DNA of 64,000 nucleotides from the human T2T-CHM13v2.0 reference genome, Homo sapiens: NCBI RefSeq assembly GCF_009914755.1, contig NC_060929.1. One strand, written 5' to 3'. Positions 57,520 through 64,000 of the stretch are shown in pieces. The number at the start of each line of letters is the position of its first letter. Position 1 is the first letter of the stretch. Under the pieces are notes generated by a model. It made no database searches, was not told where the DNA came from, and saw only the letters and a program-made list of their open reading frames with translations. Position numbers and translations under genes: made by a program.

Positions 57520-59923
57520 CTGCTCAGTGGTCTTTATATTTATTCTGTGACATAAAAAAGAACTGGAAGGACTTTCAGAATGTCAAATACATAGTCATGT
57601 GGCCTGAAAGTTAAAAACATCTGTACTTCAAGGGCTCTTAAGATGACTGGAAGAGGAAAATATGACTTCAGTAGATAAACATAAAAAAGGTAAAAAATTA
57701 AAACATTTCATTACTCTGAATTTAGATTAAGAATAGAGAGGAGCTTATATCATTCAGTAACACATTAATATAAATCTAGATACATCAGGGGGAGCCAATG
57801 GAGATAGATGGTAAAAAGAAGTGGGGTCAGAGAGAGAAGCTGAGAAACAGACACAAGAAATTCCTGCTTTCTCCTCTTTCCTATCTCCATTCTTTACATG
57901 AAGACCTAGAAAGGAAGAGACAAACTTTCCTGTATCTATGGCAGTCACCTGCAAGGATGTCACTACTAAAAGCAATAGTCAGGCCTTTCTTTTTGGATGT
58001 GTGGCACAACTGTGGGTAGATATTATCTCTTAGTTCTTATTTAATAACCTGTGTAAAATGTAATGGAGCCCACCTCTGCCCAAAACAATTGCAGATTGTG
58101 TACATTGAGGTAAGATTCCTTATTTTCTTTAGAAATGTGTAGTGCTCTTATTTACTGCACTTTTATTCCTTATATTAAATTTATATTTATAGTGCAGAAT
58201 TTACAAACCAGATGAAAGTATCTCCAAATGCCATAATGCATTGGCTCATTTCTATTAATTACTTCCTGGAAGAAAAATCATTCTTCTTAGAGTAAAAGGA
58301 CATCAACTTCTCTGAGCACCAAGATACTGCCTAGGTTCCCTTCCAGGATATTGACTCAGGAGACTTCATTGTGAAGAAATGTTTACTAACAAAACTGGAA
58401 GCCAATGTAGAATACACTAATTTTTGCAGGAAGGAGTTTCCAGTCTCTTTTTCAAGGATTTTTTTAAGATACAGCTGGACCAAAGGTATGTCTACATGTT
58501 TACATCATTTCTTCTTCTTCTTTTTTTTTGGTCTGGAAAGATTCCCCTTTCCATAGTCTCCAAGGAAGGCCCTCTAGTCTTTCCAGATTGGTTCTGTTTG
58601 GATTTTGTGATTCATAAACAGAAGGGAAGGGAAAAGAGAAGACAAGAGTGAGGATCATGAGCTAGAGCCAAAGATGTTTCTCCTGAAGCCATTGGCTTGT
58701 ATTGAGGTATTGATTTATAAATGGCAAGTACATGGGAGATACTTTTTTGAAAATGGTCTTAAAAAAAAATGAAACTGAGTTTATTAGTTTACCCCTTTAT
58801 AATGTTGAATAATTGTGAGTTAAAAAAAAACAAAACAAAACAAATACAAACTTGAGTTCATTTAATATTACATTTGCTGGTTAACCTTTTTCTTTGATTA
58901 GACTTTCCTCGATTTGTTTCTTTGACTAAGACATTGACCTTACTGAAAACTCCTTTATGTGTCTTTATAGTCCTGACTATTTTAAATATTGTTTACTGAA
59001 GACATCGTGGGTCAGAGAGTGAAATAAAGAGGAGGTGAACTAAATGTGCATGATAGTCCCTTCACATAAGTCCTGATTCTGTACATAAGTCATTTAAATC
59101 ATATATCTAGTACAGTAGCCACTGGCCATGTGTGGCAATTAAACTCTTGAAATGCATATACCAAGTTCAAATTGAGACGTGCTCTAAGTGCAAAATACAC
59201 TTAAGATTTTCAAGACTTAGTATAAAAAATATAGGATATCTCTATTCATTTTAACAACTTTATTGAGATATAAATCATATGTTGCATACTTCACCCATTT
59301 CTAATACATTTTCAATGTTGACTACCTGTTGAAATGGTAGTATTTCTTATACATTGGGTTAAAGTATATTGAAACTTCACCTTTTCTTTTTACATTTTAA
59401 TCTGACTACTAGAAAGTTTAAAAAATGTGGCTCACATTATATTTCCATTGGATAGCACTGACTTAGATAATGGCTTGTGAATATATAACTTCTTGAAGAA
59501 AATGCAACCAAAGTATCCTTTGACCAATCAATCAATATGTATTTTTTTCAAAGTTAGGAATTCTATGAGTCTGCTTCTTTTCTTCTATTCACCAAAAAAG
59601 GCATCAGGTGACATCTCTCTCCCTCTGGGTTAGTTAGAAAATGAGCTTGGTGGGTTTAGCTTAGCAAAAGTAGGGGAAGAAAAATAGTATAATCTCTATT
59701 TTTCAAAGACTTTAAATGACGTAAGCTCATGTCAACATGTATTTATGTCAGCTAATTTCTCTTAGGTGATCATAGCTAACTTGCTGTGTTGTCTTGTTCA
59801 AACGTTTCAAACCAGGTTCTGGTAGCACTCTTTGAATACACCTTTCTATTCTATGAACTGAATGTTGCAAACCTGTCACAGAGTCATAGATAAGTAGCCT
59901 TGCAAAGGAACTTTCAAAATCAA
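57520..59923 (+). pseudogene. Candidate decayed multi-exon coding locus, unidentified
   Basis: Splice-bounded segments 57520-57689, 57904-58109, 58193 onward and 59766-59923, with nearly open frames broken by stops. Confidence 0.3.
59100..59460. mobile_element. MER33-like hAT-Charlie element with a small L1 fragment at about 59248-59302
   Basis: 'gtagccactggccatgtgtggc...gtggctcacattatatttccattggatagcactg'. Confidence 0.75.
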
Positions 59924-60459
59924 GTGAGTAAAAAATGTTGTTTTTTTTTTTTTCCTGGGAAAAATAGGACTTTGGTTCTCTTGATGGACTGTGTATGGAA
60001 ATCCAGGCTGTGATGAGGTTTTTAACGTGGGCCTTGGTTTTAAATAATGCTTTAAAAACTGCATTTGCATTTTCTTTTATTATCTCCATGAAGGGAAGTA
60101 GTTAGAAATCGGATCTTCAGGAAAATAAGTAAACATCACTGGCATTCTTTAACAATGTGAACTCTCCTGAAATCCTGCTCTTTAAGGGATCAAATTTTTT
60201 ATTTCCTTATGTTTCATGGGAACTTTACATTGAATAGACTTGAGAGCAGCCTAGTGGACTACCTTGGCCTTATTTTGGCTGATAGTCTCATTAGAAATAT
60301 ACCAAAGGGTAAGAAGAATTTAATTATGCCTCCATTAGTATCCCCTCCTTGGGTGATTTTGTAGCCATTCATTTAGAAATAGTGTTTGTCAGATCTGGGG
60401 GAAGACTCTAGGGTGATGGTCCTTGATGTCAGCTACACATGGAAATCAATAGAGAGTTG

Positions 60460-60585
60460 CATATCTGGGTTTCCAGGCCACACCCAAAACCAGTGAAATG
60501 AATTCATTGTTACATCGTATGCATCAGTATTTTCAAAGCTCCAAAGGGTGAGTCCAATATACAGCCAAATTTGAGAATGACTGCT
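60460..60585. mobile_element. MER5-like DNA transposon fragment
   Basis: 'gcatcagtattttcaaagctcc...cagccaaatttgagaatgactg'. Confidence 0.55.
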
Positions 60586-61244
60586 TTCAAGATTAACCAC
60601 CCCAGTTGTTTTAAACAATTGGTAAGCATTGGAACACTTTTTGCACACGACATGTTACCTGGAATCTTTATAAAAGATGTACTGTTGCCTAAAGCAGGGC
60701 AGGATCTGAAGTCAACCCACTTTGCCTGCCCCTTGTTCCCTGCCCCTAAGGGAGATTCTGTGAAACTCAGGGCTCCTTGAAGCACTGATTAACCACTGCT
60801 CTAATCTGGAATCCTCACTTCATGGGTCCGAGACTCAAAGCTGTCCAGTAACTTGCTCAAAGATGCTTTCTTTTTTTCCTCCCTTGTTCTCTGTCTTCCA
60901 CCTCCACTTTCTTTCCTCCCAAGGAGGAATGCAGTTAAGCAGAAGAAACATAATTTTAGCCTGATGTGTTAGATTTGAACAGTGGCCTTTCCTCTTCCAC
61001 TCTCTCTTAGATCTTCAAGCCCTAGAAAGCAGTGAGGAAGAAAGCTTAGAACTCCCTAAGCACTAAGTGTTGTCTGTGGACTGAATACATAATATCTGAG
61101 AAATATATTTGCTATTATTTTTTCATATACAGATGCCACTGTGACTGATAAAAAACAAATTCATTTCAAAAATAAATACATTCAAAATTATAATATACCC
61201 TTACCAGCTTTTTGTCATGATGCATTTTATCAATCAGTAATAGC

Positions 61245-61450
61245 AATGGTAATAGCCCTTACTGAACATTTACTATGTGCTAGGTACTGCACTTAGTGCT
61301 TTATTTGTGACTTTTCTTTGAGTATCATAAGAACCATGGGAGACAAAAATTATTATCTCCATGTGAGAAACAGTGGCTGACAGGTAAAGTAGTTGGACTG
61401 TTTGTCTATAACTAAGGCTGGCTGGCTCTTAAACTGTGCTTGACTACTCA
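61245..61450 (-). mobile_element. MIR
   Basis: 'ttactgaacatttactatgtgctaggtactgcacttagtgcttta'. Confidence 0.7.
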
Positions 61451-63034
61451 ACCTTGTGCCTCTCAATAGATAACTGATAGAAGTATTTTTTTCACCCAGT
61501 CATTTTTTTCTACTTTAAAGGAACTTTCATTTCAAGAGGGCTGAAAATCACTGCCCTGCAACATGCTGCTCCTTTTCCTGTTCCCTGACTTTTTACTGGA
61601 CTCTGCACATAGCTCAGTTCTTCTTTTCATAAAGTGATGACAAACTCAATGTCTGCAGGGATGAGGCAGGGAATGTTAATGAGTAAAATAGGTCAGGTTT
61701 GCATTTTAAGCATGCAGGAAAGGTTTGCAACATCATAGAACAATGAGAACATGCGACAATAATAATCACAGGATAATCTATTTTTCTGAAACCTGCTGCT
61801 CTCTGGGACCAGGCTTTTCTTCTCTTTATTCCCACTTTTGTTAGAAATGTAGCCACCAAAGTATTTCTCTATGAAAAATTATCTATCTATCTATCTATCC
61901 GTCCATCTGTCTATCTGAAACAAGTTTAAATGGTCATAGATATTAGACTTTTTGCCAGAGATACAATAAGGAGTGGTGGGGTCTAGGGTAGCTTAGAGAT
62001 TATGTTTCTTCTAAAAAGGGCAGCCTATTACTCAGCTGTAAAATACTGTGAGTGGTGCCGTGTTGCCAGACCTTTAGTGTTTTATAGGAGAATCTGAAAA
62101 ATTGGCTTTTTATGCGAAATATTTCAGTTTTCTAATGTTGACTTAAATGTTATAAAAACACTGTGGAGGCCAAACAAATTTATGTTTTCAACCTAGCTAT
62201 GTCTTGAACCTATAGGTCACAACCTTTCTTTTTAGTGGGAAAGAAACACCAACACCAAATTATGGAAAGCCAGACAAACCTAGTAATGTCGTGGGCTAGG
62301 AAAAAAAAAAAAAAAAAAAGAAGCACACAGGATTTACTCTGGATAATGTCTGCAGTGTCCAGCATGATGGCTTCTCAGCTGCTCTGTGTCAGTGGGCAGC
62401 TGATAGAGCCAAGTAGCCCTCCGTCTTCACAAGATGGAGCTTGTCGAAAGACTGACTTGTGCTCCTTGCCAGTGACTGGGAGAGTTGAGGTGTCAGTGGG
62501 CTTCCTGCCAAGGCTAGTTTCTCATTAACTTTAACCTGATGAACATTGCAGGATGCAGGAGCCTGTCAGCCTTGCTGCACAGGCAGCACACCTCTGAGAT
62601 AAGAGGAAACAGAAGGTTGCAGGTACTGTTTTTGCTTCGTGTGGCAGGAGAGTATTCCAAAAAGCTATCAAAAAATCAATTGACCTGCCAAAATTCCACC
62701 TTATGGGCCGAATGTGCATTGATCTTTTCTACATTTACCAGAGTATTTCTTCTTCTTTCTAGCTCCTTCCACTTACTTTTAGCTATTCTACTTTCACCAA
62801 GTAAGAATCATAAGCCTCTCAGAACGGCAGATTATAGAAGAGGTCTTAAAGATGTTGTAATGCGACCCCTTCATATTACGAATATGTGAACCAAGGCCAA
62901 GAGAAGAGAGAGCATTGCAAAGAGTACTCGGTAAGTTAGTCAGACTAGAACTAAGGCTTCCTTAGTCGTTGTTCATTTCTCATATTCCCAAATCTTGCTG
63001 TTGAGCAGAATCCCATGAATATTAAAACAGCTGT

Positions 63035-63327
63035 GGCTGGGCACGGTGGCTCACACCTGTAATCCCAGCATTTTGGGAAGCTGAGGTGGGCAGATCGCTT
63101 GAGGTCAGGAATTCGAGATCAGCCTGACCAACATGGCAAAACCCTGTTTCTATTAAAAATATAAAAATTAGCGTGGTGGCATGCGCCAGTAGTCCCAACT
63201 ACTTAGGAGACTGAGGCAGGAGAATCGCTTGAGCTAGGGAGACGGAGGTTGTAGTGAGCCAAGATCGCGCCACTGCACTCCAGACTGGGTGACAGAGTCA
63301 GACTCTGCCTCAAGAAAAATACCAAAA
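63035..63327 (+). mobile_element. AluS
   Basis: Full Alu; cagctgt repeated on both sides. Confidence 0.95.
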
Positions 63328-64000
63328 ATGCACATACGCAGCTGTACAGAACACCCCAAACCTATCGAATTAGAGATTCCAGGGGTGGAGACTAGGAATG
63401 TATATTTTTTCAGGTCCCTGGGTCATTTTAAGGTCTTCTGATGGGCTGATTGTTGGAAATCACCGACTTCTACTTGGGATTCCGCCCTCAAATGTGTCAC
63501 AATTAAATTCTAGTGTAGGCATTCTTAGTAAGAACTCTTGATTTTCACATCTGGTTTAAGGCAGAGTGGTTTACTGTTGCCTTCTGAGACAAATCCAAGA
63601 AAGTAGAAACTGTCAATACATTGCATAGAAATGGCTTATTTTCATGCATCCCTGATCCTTGACAAATTTTAGTTAAAGCAGGCTCAAAGATTTATTGCAT
63701 TTGAGGTTCTTAATGCTTATGTGAGCAAAATTATCAGGATTTCTCCGTAAAGCAAGAAGAATGAGATATGTCACACTTGTTAAAGACAGGATTCTGATGA
63801 TGTGCTTAACTTTAGTCACTGAGATCTTTAATATCTTCTCTGGCCATGAACAAATAGCTGTGGTCACCATAGTAAAAGTAACTAAAACAGCAAATACAAT
63901 TTACTAAGTCCTGACTCTATGACAGAACTGGACTCAGTGCTTTCTTATATATTATCTCATTTAGTCTTCACATGCACTATGGGCATGAGTATTACTTTCA

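Noticed and set aside
57975-58005. Minus-strand QKERPDY resembling the NDUFA4 C-terminus KKERPDF
   Set aside because: Only 7 residues, the flanks do not match, and it is on the opposite strand 20 kb from the family fossil; probably chance.
59748-60089. 113-aa minus-strand ORF in unique sequence
   Set aside because: No recognisable homology, it crosses a homopolymer run, and the splice signals here fit the plus strand better.

Overview
Human/primate genomic DNA: AT-rich, CpG-poor and dominated by interspersed repeats (about 12 Alus, young and old L1s, L2/MIR, MaLR and ERV1 LTR elements, hAT DNA transposons, microsatellites). I find no intact protein-coding gene. Most ORFs in the track are chance or repeat-derived; the 200-aa ORF at 50643-51245 is the L1 ORF2p C-terminus. 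The unique sequence between repeats holds what look like heavily decayed, intron-containing (unprocessed) fossil genes. (1) A minus-strand locus at about 6.7-16 kb has about 10 splice-bounded segments whose broken translations match GREB1/GREB1L motifs in the correct N-to-C order; one exon is interrupted by an MLT1A LTR and another is locally duplicated. (2) A plus-strand remnant at about 38.2-38.6 kb resembles the C15orf48(NMES1)/NDUFA4 family. (3) A weaker, unidentified plus-strand exon cluster lies at about 57.5-59.9 kb. Also present: a tailless retrocopy of the 5' half of tRNA-Gly(GCC) with a 13-bp TSD, a degenerate ERV1 with a tRNA-Ile PBS, and two local direct duplications. All protein similarities were judged by eye against sequences recalled from memory and need confirmation by alignment.
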